A stretch of 64,000 bases of DNA from Batkoa obscura (lineage: Eukaryota), in the NCBI GenBank assembly GCA_030770535.1, contig JASVEC010000026.1:248001-312000 (forward strand). The letters are read 5' to 3'. Position numbers and translations under genes: made by a program. Below the pieces are notes generated by a model, which was not told where the DNA came from, searched no databases, and saw only the letters and a list, made by a program, of their open reading frames with translations. Every line of letters begins with the position of its first letter. Positions within the stretch are counted from its first letter, which is position 1. This document shows positions 36,959 through 49,975 of the stretch, piece after piece.

Positions 36959-38203
36959 GTCATTATAAACTTTTTTTTTTAATTTTCAGGTTTTTACAAT
37001 ATAAAGTAAATAAACTTTAAGCATTATGTGTTTTTTTTAATATATAAATTTTAATATAAAAATAAATATAAGCATTTTAAATTAAAAAATATTAATATTT
37101 TGTATCAGTTAATAAATATAACACTTAATAACAAGTTAGTATTCTCTACTTTAAATCCTGTATTGACTTTTTTTAAAAGCTAAATACCATAAACATTCTA
37201 AGGAAGAACCAATTGACTACTTTATAGTTCTATAGATTTTAGTGAAATACTTGTCAAATGAAATCTGGATAATACTAAAACCAAATTTAAAAAATTATAT
37301 GATAAAGTGCTTCTATACTATATTAATATTACGAACTTAAAGCCAAATATATTAAATGAATTATTAAATAAAGTTTGATTCTTTTCAATATTTAGAGAAT
37401 AAAGCTATTTCTCAATTGCCATTAGTTTTAGCCTTAATATAGTATTAATTTAATCAAAAAATTTAAACAAGTAGCAGCGTATATCAAAATGTAACAACCC
37501 GATTGGTTGCTACAAACGGATGTGCTCGCATTGTAAGGCACATGACACCAGGAGAGCATTAAAGTAAGAATAGAGGCTACTATTCCCAAAAGGGTAGAGT
37601 TCCCTTCGTTTAACGCTAACATGGTAGAGGCACACAGGACACCAGACATATAAAGAGCCTTCCAATTGGTGAGGGATTTTACTGTGGATATGGTAAATTA
37701 AATAGGTAAGTTTAAGTGTCAAATGAGATATTATGGAAGCCCCTATATATCTGGCGATTAGATATGTTATTGGAGATCTAGGCATATCCTATGAATTTCT
37801 CATATATAAACTTTAAATAAAGCATGCGTTGATTTAATCTATATCTATTAGTTCTTTTTATTTATTTTTATTTATTACATTTGTAATAACCTATTTCACA
37901 ACAAACAATCATATTATTTGTTGAGTTTCTTTTATAGCGAGAAGAAGTGTGTTAACCGAGTTGTATGGAACCAGGTCCCAGCCTGTGGCGATAGGCGGAA
38001 AACTTTCTAGTTTGGAAGATTCTGTTCTTTTTGTTTGACCTGAATTATTTTGGTCCCAAGCAATTAAATGTGATGATGCGCCCGTTACACAAAATACACC
38101 AGAAATGATTAAGAAGCTACTTTTTACTTTTTGCTCTTCTTCAGTTTTCAATATTCTGCGTTTTAACTCATTACCAGATCCATATTCGGCCATATGAAAT
38201 AAA

Positions 38204-39965
38204 CCTATAATTAGTTATAATGAAGCAATGGGATGTCCAAATAATATTAAGCTTACATCAAATATAAGAAATAGTGTATATAATAGCATTAAAAAAGCAC
38301 TGCTGTTTTACGTATATGTTGATATTGTTAATAAATCTACAGAGCCTAAAATGTTAAGTTCAATTGGTGTTTAAAAAAATCAAAGTTGCTTTTAAACCAT
38401 ATAAATCAGAAAATGAATTTCATAACTCTATCACTAAATTATTTAACACATTATATGATGGCCATACCACCTATCAACCTTATTATGCTTCTTTATTTGA
38501 GTTTAAATAACCTTTCCCAATTTTTGTCGTAAAAGATAATACTGGAGAAATTAAAATCAAAATACTTGGATGTATATATCATGATCAAGAGCCTATTGAC
38601 CCTTGGAAACAAGCTACAGTAGATGTATTAAAATACACCGGAGCTGAGATATTAGATATTGAGGGATATAAACCATTGGAATATATCGAAATGTATTCCA
38701 GAGAACACATTGTACTTCTAGGGATATAAATTCTCGTATCAATTATGCTTTAGCTAAACCGTTTCAAAATCAAAGTCAATGGAGTATAAACAATCGAAAG
38801 TTTACTGTGACTAGGACACCACCAGAAAAAGAAATTTTAATTTTTATATTTATGCATAACATGAAAAAAGATACAATAACTATTCCGTATATAGCAGAAG
38901 TTCCAACTGGCTTTAATTTTTCAACAGAGTTTATGAACCAAAATTGTTATACTCAAAAATTGATGGGTAGAACTTTTAAAATAAAGAGCCTAGAGTTTCA
39001 GCTTCCAATTCAAGATACGAAAAAAATCCAAAGTCATCTAAAAAGCGTTTTAACCCATCTCATCCGCTTCTACCTCCGCTTTTTAATAGAACATACATTA
39101 AAGCTTACATGTCAAGAAGTAAAACTGGAGCCATAGCCGTTGCCTATTTTGATCCAAAAGTTCTATAAGAGCGGAAAGATGAGGTCTATAGCCCATTTAA
39201 AGCTCCAAAAGAGAGGTGATCAAAAAAATCTATATTAGATTTAAGCAATAACTATAGAGATGAAATTTGTCTTGGATACAGTATTTTAGACTATTTGTTT
39301 CCAAATTCAAAAATTAAACAATTTGATAGCGATGTTTATTATAATCAATTTATGTCTGATTATGTTATGAAATACAATACATGTATCTTTAACTTTAAAG
39401 ATAAATAGCTCTATATAAATAGTTCTCTTTTAAATGACTTAAGTTATTTTAGAAACTATTAAGTATATAACCGTGAAACTAATCCTCAAAGTAAATATAC
39501 TGATTTAGTATAAGATAATTGTGAAGAAAATCATTTATGGTCTCTCCTTGATAATAACACTGAACTTTCTGACAAAGATAATATTACAATAATGTCCGAT
39601 TCAATCTATTACTCAGCCTGTTCTATCATTGTTAATAGTTTGCAAAAGCCTCATCATATTAAAACATATACATTTGGTGGACTTATAGGGCAAGAAGCTA
39701 GTGTAAGTTCTATAGCTGAAATTGTAGTTATTTTAATTGAAAAAATATTATTGGGTCTTAAATCCGCTGGCTTATCAAGCCATTTAGATGCACCTAAACA
39801 TTTCCCAATTGTTTCACTGTTTACTTTGACCTTTAGACAAGCTTATTCCACTAAATTTAAAAGCCTCATTCGTTTGAGTTTGATTGGCTTCCAGAAAAAA
39901 AATTTTGCTTTATGGCTCAGATACTGTATTTAACTCTTATAAAGTCTGGTAAGTAACCTTAGATA
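38204..39965 (+). pseudogene. Decayed, 5'-truncated paralog of the S41-type peptidase at 52176-54080
   Basis: PIISYNEAMGCPNNIKLTSNIRNSVYNSIKKALLFYVYVDI matches PVASYQDTMSCLNLIKLTPEIKNSVYDTINKTLSFYVFIDI, and MSDSIYYSACSIIVNSLQ matches LSNSVCYSGCAFLANGLQ; many stops and frameshifts. Confidence 0.85.
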
Positions 39966-42018
39966 CATCTTATTCTTAATATTAAATCATTTAAAATGAA
40001 AACTAAATTTAAAAAATCTTAAGATTTTATATAAATAACGAATGTATTTCATAAAGTGTGTATTTCACGTATATAACATAATTTATATTCTTAAAGAATG
40101 ACATTTGTATAAACTTTGAAAACACAAGTACATATTTAAATTGAGATAAAAAGCTCATATCATTATATACGTTAACTTTTAACATATTTATTATGAGTTG
40201 TTAAATAAATTCTTCAATTATAAGTTGATCCCTTATATGTTTATTTAAGTTTTATATCCTAGATTGACTTATGTATTAAAATTATAGTAATACACTAAAA
40301 GATGTTTGAACTTTTACTGATTCTTTTAATCTTTATCAAAAAATAGTTACGTCGAGAATTCTCCATAATGAAATACCATATACCCAATTCCCCTATATTC
40401 ATGCGTCTCCTATTCTTCTTATTGATATTAGAATTAGAGGGTGGAAGGTATTATACTATAAGTAATAAAAATTAGCCTTTCTAAAGCAAACAATTATACA
40501 AAACGTTATAAAAAGGAAGCCGAGTTGTATCCTAATTTTATCCAACTCAAAAGTATATAGCTATATTTTATCTTCTATCTCAATCTACATTAAAGTCTTT
40601 TTTTTATTAAAAACGTATATTTTATTCCTTCTCTTGCCTCCCATTTTTGAATCAAACTACCTCCTAATATTGAAACTTCGGTAATTTTTATAATGATAAA
40701 GTTACTTTACGAATATTTGTAAATTAAACCTAAATTAGGACTTAATAATTAAAATATTGTTACTTTTAAATTTATCCTAAATTATTTCTTGTTCTAAATT
40801 TCACTTGGCTAATATTGACGCAGATATGGATTATGAGTTATTGCAACTTAACTATAGCTTTAACAACAACTTATAAGCCACTTAATCTAACAACAGTAGT
40901 ATAAAATATTGCTTTTTACTTTTTTTTTACCTGTAGGATAAGTTTCATTGTTGTATTACGAACTTATGAATTACTATAACGACTACTATAAATTGTATTT
41001 CTATATTAATTACTATTTTAGTTAATTTCGCTGAATTGTTTATTAAGATAACCATAGTTTGGAAATAAATATTTACGTAGTTTGGCTATTGGTTGAACAA
41101 TATTATGACTTAGCAAACATTGTATGATACTCCCAGTTATAATACCATCTAAAGTCACGATAAGGGATAAAGAGATAGTAATAGCTGAATGCCAAGGAAG
41201 TAGTTTGGCATTTTGTAATTCTCAAAAAGTTGTATATACATCAAACATATTATAAAAGAAGGTCATACAGAACTAAACTAGAATAAAGATTCACTAAACA
41301 AATTTATACTACTATGATAAACCTTTTACCAATTATTTTTATTATCCTTGAGCTATTACTATCAAGACCGATTAAAGACCCTTCTTTTGGATATCACTTT
41401 GAAAGAAGTCATATACCTAAAACTTTCATTGATTCGGAAATCTTTAAAAATTCAAACTATAGTTATATACATATTTAAATAATACGATTGCTTTTATTTT
41501 TGGATGCAAATAAAATTTAAATAGCTATACTTTATTGTGCTTTTAATTTACATACATGTTGTAGTAAAACGTATGGACCTTAAAAATGGTCTATTGAATT
41601 TATTTTATAGATATAAGTTAAAATCTAATGTTGATTTTTATATATTATTCTATAAGTGTTAGGTAATTGTTATCATTATATGCTACTGTCTGAATATTAG
41701 AAGATGAGTTTAATATGCCTTTAAGTTTTTGAACATAGGTTACTTTACTACTCTTACATTTATATTATTATGCAATACCTTAAGCTATTTTTTAAGACAA
41801 AGAGGATAATCCACTCAAAAAATTAACACAGCTAATTAATCTATTTTATTAAAAATAAAATGTATTTTTAAACTGTATGCCTTGGTGTTAATATTTGAGC
41901 TTTGAAATTTAACTCTAATCTATTTTGGACTTTGTGTTTATAAAATTGAAAGCAAAATTTGCAATTAGATTTTAATCCAAAACTAAATTTCGAAAAAAAG
42001 AAAAGTATTTTTTTTAAA

Positions 42019-42821
42019 ATGGATCAAGATAAAATTGAAAGGATTGATAGCTATGACTTATTAGAGGCAGAGATAGAAGAAAAATATAAAAAACAAAATA
42101 TTAAAAGTATAATTAAAGACTTTGATTATGACGGTCAAGAAAATGATAACGAAATTTGGTTAATTCGTATACCAAAAAATGTAAATATTTTTTAAATGAT
42201 TTATAATTTTAACAATTTTATTTTTAAAGTTCGATCAATCTAGTTTAAATAATGAAAAAATAGAATTAGATAACAAGAAATTAGAAATTAATTTAAAAAA
42301 TGGTTGGAAACTAACTAATAATGACGCTAAGCAAATCGACAATATGGTTCCTTTATTACCTGTACAATATATGGATGGAATAATGGCTCCATGTAAGCTT
42401 TTTATAGTTCATGTTTTATTATTTTATTATTTATTCAGCTACCAAGAAGATCCAACGCTATCTTACTGTTAGTAAGAAATTAGATACAAATAACAATTTT
42501 GAATTGGCAAAAAGAATGCGTGATGAACCTGTAGAAGCACCTAAAAAAATAGAAGGTTTAACTATGAGCTTCCATCCAGTAGGATTTTTTACTGGTATGT
42601 TAAAGTGCTTTATATTATTACATATTAATTTTGATTTACTAGGTGAGAAAGAGATTAAAGCTGAGCTTGAGTTTAAAGAAAAGAATAATAAAGAGAAAAA
42701 AAGTAAAGAAAAGAAAAAGAGTGCTAAAATAGATAACTCTGAGCTTGAAGTTAAAACTGAAGATCACAATGAAGCCAAAAAACCTAAGAAGAAGAAGAAG
42801 TCTAAAAAGAATAAGGAATAA
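42019..42821 (+). CDS. RPA34: RNA polymerase I subunit RPA34-like, multi-exon
   Basis: EIWLIRIPKN motif, EGLTMSFHPVGF motif and Lys/Glu-rich tail typical of A34.5. Confidence 0.72.
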
Positions 42822-43080
42822 TAATTAAGTTGAATAAATATTATATAGATTTGTCACATTTTATTTTGATTTTTATGATTTTCATGATTTTTTATTAATC
42901 CCATTTTGGGCAAGTCTTATTTCATAAAAAACTAAAGACCGCAGTCAAAAGCAAGGGATTTTGTTTTACTTTGCTTCAATGAAATTTGTCAAATAGCTTC
43001 GCATAATATAATCAAAAATTTTGTATAAGCTGATCCCTTCTTTTTCACTAAAAAATATTTTTTAATAACTTTTATATTTA

Positions 43081-44167
43081 ATGAGAGAAGAAGCTAGACT
43101 ACCTTATCTATATCAAATAAGTAGCCAAAATAAAAGATGGAGGTTCGCGATTAAGGATATTAAACAGTTAAGAAAACATCAGCGAGAAATAGCTAAAAAA
43201 AAGTTTGAAGTTAGAAAAGAAGCAGAAATTGTAAGTAATACCATCTAATTTTATGTTAATATTAAATTTGAAAAGAGAACGCTGGAAGAAGAAGTAAAAA
43301 GTGTGGATAATTTAGAGAAGTTAGAAAGGTTACAAAAGCTTGGGTATCTTACCTTACAAGAAGAGCAAGCCATCCTCACGTACCATTCATTAAAAGCACA
43401 ATCAATAATTAAACACTTTAAATTTAATAACGAAATATTGGTAAGTATTGAAAATTTCATGCTTTTATTAGCTCATTTTAAATTTTAGATTACATGCTTA
43501 CAATATTTTAAAAGATTTTATTTGAGTAGCCATTTATTAGAATATAACATACCAGCTATTCTGTAATTTGATTTTAATTTATAAAAGATGGCTTATTAAC
43601 CCTATCAGTTTCGCCTGCCTTTATTTAGCAATTAAAAGTGAGAATCGATGGATAAGCGTTGACAAGTATGCTGAAACAGTAAAAGTTCCACCAGAAGAAG
43701 TACTAAGATTGGAATATTTAATAAGTCAAAAGATTGAGTTTGACTTTAAAGTTTATAAACTAAATACTCCACTAAATGGCATTGTTTTGGATTACCAAAG
43801 GTTTGATGATAGCGCTAATTTAGAGAGTATTTTAAAAGAGTGTAATGTCAAGGCTAGAAAGTTAATGTATTTTGATACTTTATTATTGGCCAATCCTTCT
43901 CAGTTAGCTTTAGCTTTATTTGACCTACAAAGTCAAAAAGATAAAAATATCCGATTTGATAAGTAATCTATTTTATCATATTATGTTACATTAACTAACA
44001 ATTTTTAAAGGTATTTAAAGATGGCATTTGAAAAGGAATATCCGCAAATTCGAGAGATTATTAACCAACTCAAAGTGGTTTTAAATACCTATTTAACTAC
44101 TGAGTTTGGAGATATTGAAAGGCAAGTCAAGGCACTTAGGGATAAATATCATTTTATCAAATTTTAG
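43081..44167 (+). CDS. CCL1: Cyclin H (TFIIH/CAK cyclin, Ccl1/Mcs2-like), multi-exon
   Basis: LYQISSQNKRWRF N-terminus, LTLQEEQ, YFKRFYL, FACLYLAIKSEN, LEYLISQKIEFDFKVY, PSQLALA. Confidence 0.85.
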
Positions 44168-45326
44168 TCGTTTTATTTTATTAAATTTTAGTCAATTCAT
44201 TATGTTAATTTGATGTTTCTATTTTATTTGAGAATGTTTTATCTGATACTTAATACTTTATTTTATTCATATATTAGTAATAGCTAGAATTTTCAATTTA
44301 GTTTATAAAAATAAAATGATAAGCTACATTTAACTTAAAATGGAGTATTTCATAGAGTTATACCAATTTTAGCTACAAACAAAAGTAGCTAAGAAATATT
44401 TAATTAAATAGAGGGGTTCCACATAGAGGATACTCAGCTGACAGACACAGGGCAAATAAAATATTAGCGGAAGGAATAATTAGGGTAGATAAGGTATTAT
44501 GAGTAACCTTGACAGGCTATAAGGGCTCATCCGAAGGCCTGACGTATTGGAATAAAGTGGTAACACTAAGAACTGAAATATAAATCAAACTAAAACCGGA
44601 ATCTCTCAAATTATATCATTGAACTTTGCAAATCCTATTTATTTGATACAAAACAACAAAATGACCATATAAAGATAAGACAACTGGTTGCCAATACTCT
44701 TATTTAGGTTTAAAATTGGAGTTCAGGGGTAATAAAACTAAAGATAAAATAAAATCAGGGGATGATAACTTAAGGGTTTATGTAAATTGTGAATTGTGGA
44801 CCTCAATTAATGATTGAATTAAAATATAACTCATGCTAAGTATATAGCCTTAACAAATTACTCATAGTTTAAAGTAGCACTAATACATAAATACGATAAA
44901 CTTATAATAGGATGGGCATTAAAATATAAATATAAATTCGTTTGTTCCTTAAGTAGTATTAAAAATAGGAGATTATGTTGTATAATTTTATATATTATTT
45001 TAAATTACATTTAACTAATGAGCATTTCTTTCTATTAATATAGATTATTTAGTTTGATTTTTTTAAAACGGATATAATTATCCCAGAATTTAATAATTCG
45101 GTGTTTTAATTCTATAAAAGTCTAATAACATCCACATTTGCTTAATCCGAATTTTGTAGAACAATTTTGAAAAGTAATCTAAGCTTCAGGAAACGAAAAA
45201 AATTCCTGAAGGGTAAATTTAATTCAATTATCAAAACAATCACCGAACCTCAAAGTAATACTATGATAAAAAGATATATAAAAATCAAGACGTGAGAAAT
45301 CAAAATCAAAATATTCTTAAAGCAAA

Positions 45327-46916
45327 ATGAGTACACCTACATTTACAGATCAAGCGTTTACATTAGAGGAAAAGGATTTAGTTACCATTGAATCTGGCAA
45401 TGTTAATAATGATAATCAACCAAAAGTAGTTTTATCAAAGAACCAATTTATAATTGTAATAATAGCTTTAATATTAATAATATTTATAGCTGCCTTAGAC
45501 AATACCATTATAGGAACCTCTTTAAACACAATAACTTCAGAATTCGATGCCTTAGATCAAATTTCTTGGGTAGCTACTTCGTACTTACTAACTTCTACTG
45601 CTTTCCAACCCCTTTATGGTAAATTTTCTGATATCTTTGGAAGAAAATTAACTACCTTATTCGCTTTGTCCATTTTTTTAATTGGTTCAATTCTATGTGG
45701 GGCTTCTACCAATATTATCATGTTAATTATTTCAAGAGCTATTGCTGGTATCGGAGGTGGAGGTTTAATTTCATTGTCAGTTATTATAATTTCTGATATT
45801 GTAGTACTTGAAAAAAGAGGATTGTATACTGGTATAGTAGGAGCCAATTTTGCAGTTGCTTCAGTTGTTGGACCACTATTAGGAGGTTATCTTACAGAAA
45901 GTGCTTCTTGGAGATGGTGCTTTTATATTAATATCCCTATTTGTATAGCAGTTATGATTATTATTGCCAAATTTATAACTTTCCCTAGTGAAAACCAAAA
46001 TCTACGTCAAAAATTAAAGAGAATTGATTATTTAGGGTCTATATCTATCCTTGCATTTACTATCCTTTTAGTCCTAGCTCTTAATTGGGGTGGCCAAGAA
46101 TACCCTTGGAATTCTGCTGTTATTATTTCACTATTTGTGCTATGCTTTATTTCTTTAGCCTTATTCATTGTATTACAATGGAAAGTATCTAAAGAACCTA
46201 TAATCCCTGGCCATGTCTTAGTAAGAAATGTAATATCAGCTGATCTTACTGCATTTTTTAATGGATGTATATTCTTTGCTACAGTAGTCTATTTACCAAT
46301 ATATTATCAAATTGTTCATAAGGAATCCATTATTCAATCTGGGCTAGAATTACTATCTACTATGTCTGGGTTAGTATTCTTTTCTATTACTTCTGGGATA
46401 TTCATTGTGAAAACCGGAACCTATCGTCTACTTTCAATTAGCGGTACTTTTATAGGTTTAACTGGTGTGATATTGTTAGGTGTCCTTATGCGCAATGACA
46501 TTTCACATGCTGAGCTTTTAGGCTTTTCTTTAATGATTGGTATTGGAGTTGGTTTATGTTTACAAACAAATACTATTGTTTCACAAGCAGCTGTCGGTTT
46601 AAAAGATGCAGCTATAGTAACTTCCCTAACTAGTTTTAGTTTTTCATTAGGCGGTGTAATTGGTATTGCCGTCCTTGGATCTGTTTTTCAAAATTCGTTG
46701 ATTAATTCATTAACTCGAGAAGTGCCAGAAGTTAACATTCAGCAACTAGTTAAAGATTCAAGTTATTTGATTAGTTTTAATCAAGAGACTATACAACGTG
46801 CTATTGGGTGCTATGTTACTGCTTTTCGTACATTATTTTTAGGTGGCATTGCTTTCTTTGTACTCTCTTTTATTTCTACTCTATTTTTAAAGCATATTCC
46901 TCTTAAGAAAAAATAA
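45327..46916 (+). CDS. MFS drug:H+ antiporter, DHA2 (14-TMS) family
   Basis: 529 aa; LDNTII, WVATSYLL, YGKFSDIFGRK, RAIAGIGGGG, WRWCFYINIP. Confidence 0.93.
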   Translation: MSTPTFTDQAFTLEEKDLVTIESGNVNNDNQPKVVLSKNQFIIVIIALILIIFIAALDNTIIGTSLNTITSEFDALDQISWVATSYLLTSTAFQPLYGKFSDIFGRKLTTLFALSIFLIGSILCGASTNIIMLIISRAIAGIGGGGLISLSVIIISDIVVLEKRGLYTGIVGANFAVASVVGPLLGGYLTESASWRWCFYINIPICIAVMIIIAKFITFPSENQNLRQKLKRIDYLGSISILAFTILLVLALNWGGQEYPWNSAVIISLFVLCFISLALFIVLQWKVSKEPIIPGHVLVRNVISADLTAFFNGCIFFATVVYLPIYYQIVHKESIIQSGLELLSTMSGLVFFSITSGIFIVKTGTYRLLSISGTFIGLTGVILLGVLMRNDISHAELLGFSLMIGIGVGLCLQTNTIVSQAAVGLKDAAIVTSLTSFSFSLGGVIGIAVLGSVFQNSLINSLTREVPEVNIQQLVKDSSYLISFNQETIQRAIGCYVTAFRTLFLGGIAFFVLSFISTLFLKHIPLKKK

Positions 46917-47101
46917 TTCATTTGTTTTTCATGTATGTTTATACAATAAATAATAAACTTTATATAATATTAAACTATATAATACTAATCGCCTTTATGA
47001 TATATAATCTTATTGCGGTTGGCTTTAAAATATACAGTAAAACAAAAGAAATTAAAATAAGGAGTCACATTAAAACCTTTGATTTTAAATGATCAAGATA
47101 T

Positions 47102-47303
47102 GGAGGTGTTTTTTTTGACTTCATTACTTGGGGATGTATTTTTGTGTTTAATAGTTTTTCTAACAATTTTTCCGCTCAAATAGCGCTTAAAAGATGGAAA
47201 AAGTGATGAAACCAAAAAAAACACCCCCACTTTTTCCATTTTTTAAGCGCTATTTGAGTGGAAAAACTGCTAGTGAAATCCTTAAACGAAAAAATACATC
47301 TCC
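47102..47303 (-). mobile_element. MITE family 1 outer copy split by a nested insertion
   Basis: 47102-47129 plus 47229-47303 reconstitute a full copy; TSD ATAT/ATAT. Confidence 0.9.
47130..47228 (+). mobile_element. MITE family 1 inner nested copy
   Basis: TSD ACTT/ACTT within the outer copy. Confidence 0.92.
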
Positions 47304-47702
47304 ATATCATGTCGAATATAAAATACCAATAGAATAGAATAAAATAAAAAAACATAAAATAAAATAAAAGTAAAAAAATAGTTTATAAGATCCCAAAAGC
47401 AAACAGTTTATTTAAATTAAAATTAAAATTTACACATCTAAATAGAAATTCTCTTTATAGAAAATAGGCACTTTTAACCAAAAAACTAATGTCGACTTTT
47501 GAGCTTCTATAATTTGAACAATAATATCAAAGCAGCACCTTTATATATGTCACTTAAATGATTAAAAAAAACAAAAACACTATTTAATGCTTTTTGTTAA
47601 TTTTTCTGTTCTTCTATTATGTTTTTTCAACATATTACCTTATAACAATTAAATATCAAACGCGTTTAAACTCATTTCTTAAAATATTTAAATTCTTCAA
47701 GT

Positions 47703-47801
47703 GGGGATGTATTTTTTTGTTCAAGAATTTTACTAACAATCTTTCCGCTGAAATAGTGCTTAAAAGATGGAAAAAATAATCAAGCCAAAAAAAATACCCT
47801 C
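47703..47801 (+). mobile_element. MITE family 1 copy
   Basis: Flanks AAGT/ATAT (not matching). Confidence 0.88.
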
Positions 47802-48114
47802 ATATCATTTCATCAATTTCTCCTTAAGATGAATTAGTTTTACAATATGGCTGTATATTGAAATATCAAATCTAAAGCTGAATTTTTTCTTTTTAGATCA
47901 CAAAGTGGTGATGAATGTTTATAGATCAGATATTAACTATTAACTATTAACCTAAAGTAGTAGATGTCCAAAATTATCCTATAATTGATATAAAGCATAC
48001 GAGTAATATTTTGTATGATAACAAACTATTTCAAAGCTTAATATACTTTAGACAAAAATCTAATAAACTCCCTAAATTTTAAGGTGATTAAAGGATAAAT
48101 AAAAACAATTTAGA

Positions 48115-48340
48115 AAAAGCACTCAAATATATAAGGTAATTTATAAAAGTAATCTGACTTTTTGGGTAAATCCATCTGCATAAGGGTATAAAATTGGTAT
48201 GGTTTGCTTTTTTACAAGAAAATTATCTTACTTTTAGATATAAAATTTGCTATTGCAATAAGTAATTTTTAAATCAATTTTAGCTTAAAAAGTCAGATTA
48301 CTTTAGAGATTACCTTATACCTAACTGGATAGTGCTTTTT
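48115..48340. mobile_element. MITE-like element with ~55-bp imperfect terminal inverted repeats
   Basis: AAAAAGCACT...TATAAGGTAAT...AAAGTAATCTGACTTTTT pairs with AAAAAGTCAGATTACTTT...ATTACCTTATA...AGTGCTTTTT. Confidence 0.65.
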
Positions 48341-48570
48341 TGGAAGTCCAAAATGGATAATTAAACATCTATTTCAGAGTAGAGTGAGCAATATTTCAAG
48401 TATATCTTCCCTTAGGGAAATATAGCACTTAGCATGGTTTTTCTTATAACCGTTTGTCTTATAATAAATCCTTATACAATTTTGGTTTAAAAACGAAAAA
48501 CAACAGTATGGATGTTGAATTAATTCAATATAAACTAAAGTACTAAAACTGGGCACATTTTACTGTTATT

Positions 48571-48792
48571 AATTTATTATAGTATATTATTACGTCACGG
48601 CCACAGCAAAAAAAAATTCAACAAATTGAAAAATATTTTGATGACAATTTTGGACGAAAGTAAACAAAATTAAAAATATCAATAAAATCCTTAATTTTGT
48701 TCGCTTTTGCTCAAAACTATTATCAAATATTTTCATTTGCTGAATTTTTTTCTTGCTATAGCCGTGATGTAATAATAATACTTTAATAAATT
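48571..48792. repeat. Long imperfect foldback palindrome (~105-bp arms, ~10-bp loop)
   Basis: AATTTATTATAGTATATTATTACGTCACGGCCACAGCAA... is mirrored by ...TTGCTATAGCCGTGATGTAATAATAATACTTTAATAAATT. Confidence 0.85.
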
Positions 48793-49975
48793 GTTCAAAT
48801 TTTAGGGCTAAAAGCAGAAAAGCAACCAAAAGCATCATATTTTATGTTGAAAAATTGGCTTTAAAATTTTTGATAATTTCTAACAAACTATTTAAGCAGC
48901 CGTTTCATTCTCTTAAGGTTAAAATTAGTTGAATAATTGATTATTATAAGTTAACTATATTAATATTAAAATAAATAATTAAGTATTTTATTACAATGGA
49001 TTTGAAATTTCAACGTTTATTTTATAAAATAAAGGCTAACTAATTTCCTTGCTTAAGCTAAAATTAATATTTAAAAATAGGTTGGGGTTTGTTTCCTTAA
49101 CTACTATGCTAATGTTTCAAATGATATCAAATACTATTGGTGCTTAGCTTATTTTGGGGATCAACTGCCCAATAAGCGAGCATGAACGATTTGACTGGGG
49201 ATTTGGGGATAAATTAGCTATGCGTATTGGGTGAATTTGATGTATGATCTCAAGGGTTAGATAAAGGAAATTTTCTTATCTCTCCACTTGGGCATATTTG
49301 TTCAAAACAAATTGCTGCTAACAACATAGGATTTAAAACTCTACATAGTTTCTAAGAAATCACTTGAATAAATAAAAATAAAACGCAAACATAAAGGTAG
49401 TTGACAGTTCTACATTGAATTGATGAAGGAAATAAAACAACATTGCATTAAAAAATGTTTTTATGTAGACGATTTTTTAAGTTAGTTTAGCCCAGAATTT
49501 CAGCCCAAAATATTAAACTCAGTTTTAATACAAATTAAGAGGTAGAATCAAAGTCACAAGGCGAATATTGTCCAATCATGAGGAGTCAAAAAATGAATTG
49601 TTCAACGCCATTTGCTTAAAAAAGTCGTTAACAATTGATGTTTGATTATTAAAACTTAATACTGAATCATCTCAACTAAATATTAGGAATTACTTTATAT
49701 GATTTGCTAAAGGAGAAAATCCAAAAATTGTAAAATAATGTTATTGTTTTTTAAGCCTTCATAGTTTAACAAAATTTGAAGTTTTTGAGATTTTGTCAAA
49801 ATAAAAGTATTTAATTGGACAGTGTACATGGGGTTTTAAATTTAGCTCGCTTTTCCACCAATCAAATGTAAACATTAGTCAATCCTATAATTTATTACGT
49901 TGACTGGAAGCTATAAAAGTTCGCATTATGAAGGCCTCCTTTCTTATAAGTAATTCTTTTAATTAAATTTTGAAT

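Noticed and set aside
44400..44800. GC-richer block as RNase MRP/P or telomerase RNA
   Set aside because: Only a partial GGGCTCA motif; the matching conserved region and a full template are missing. More likely DHA2 promoter.
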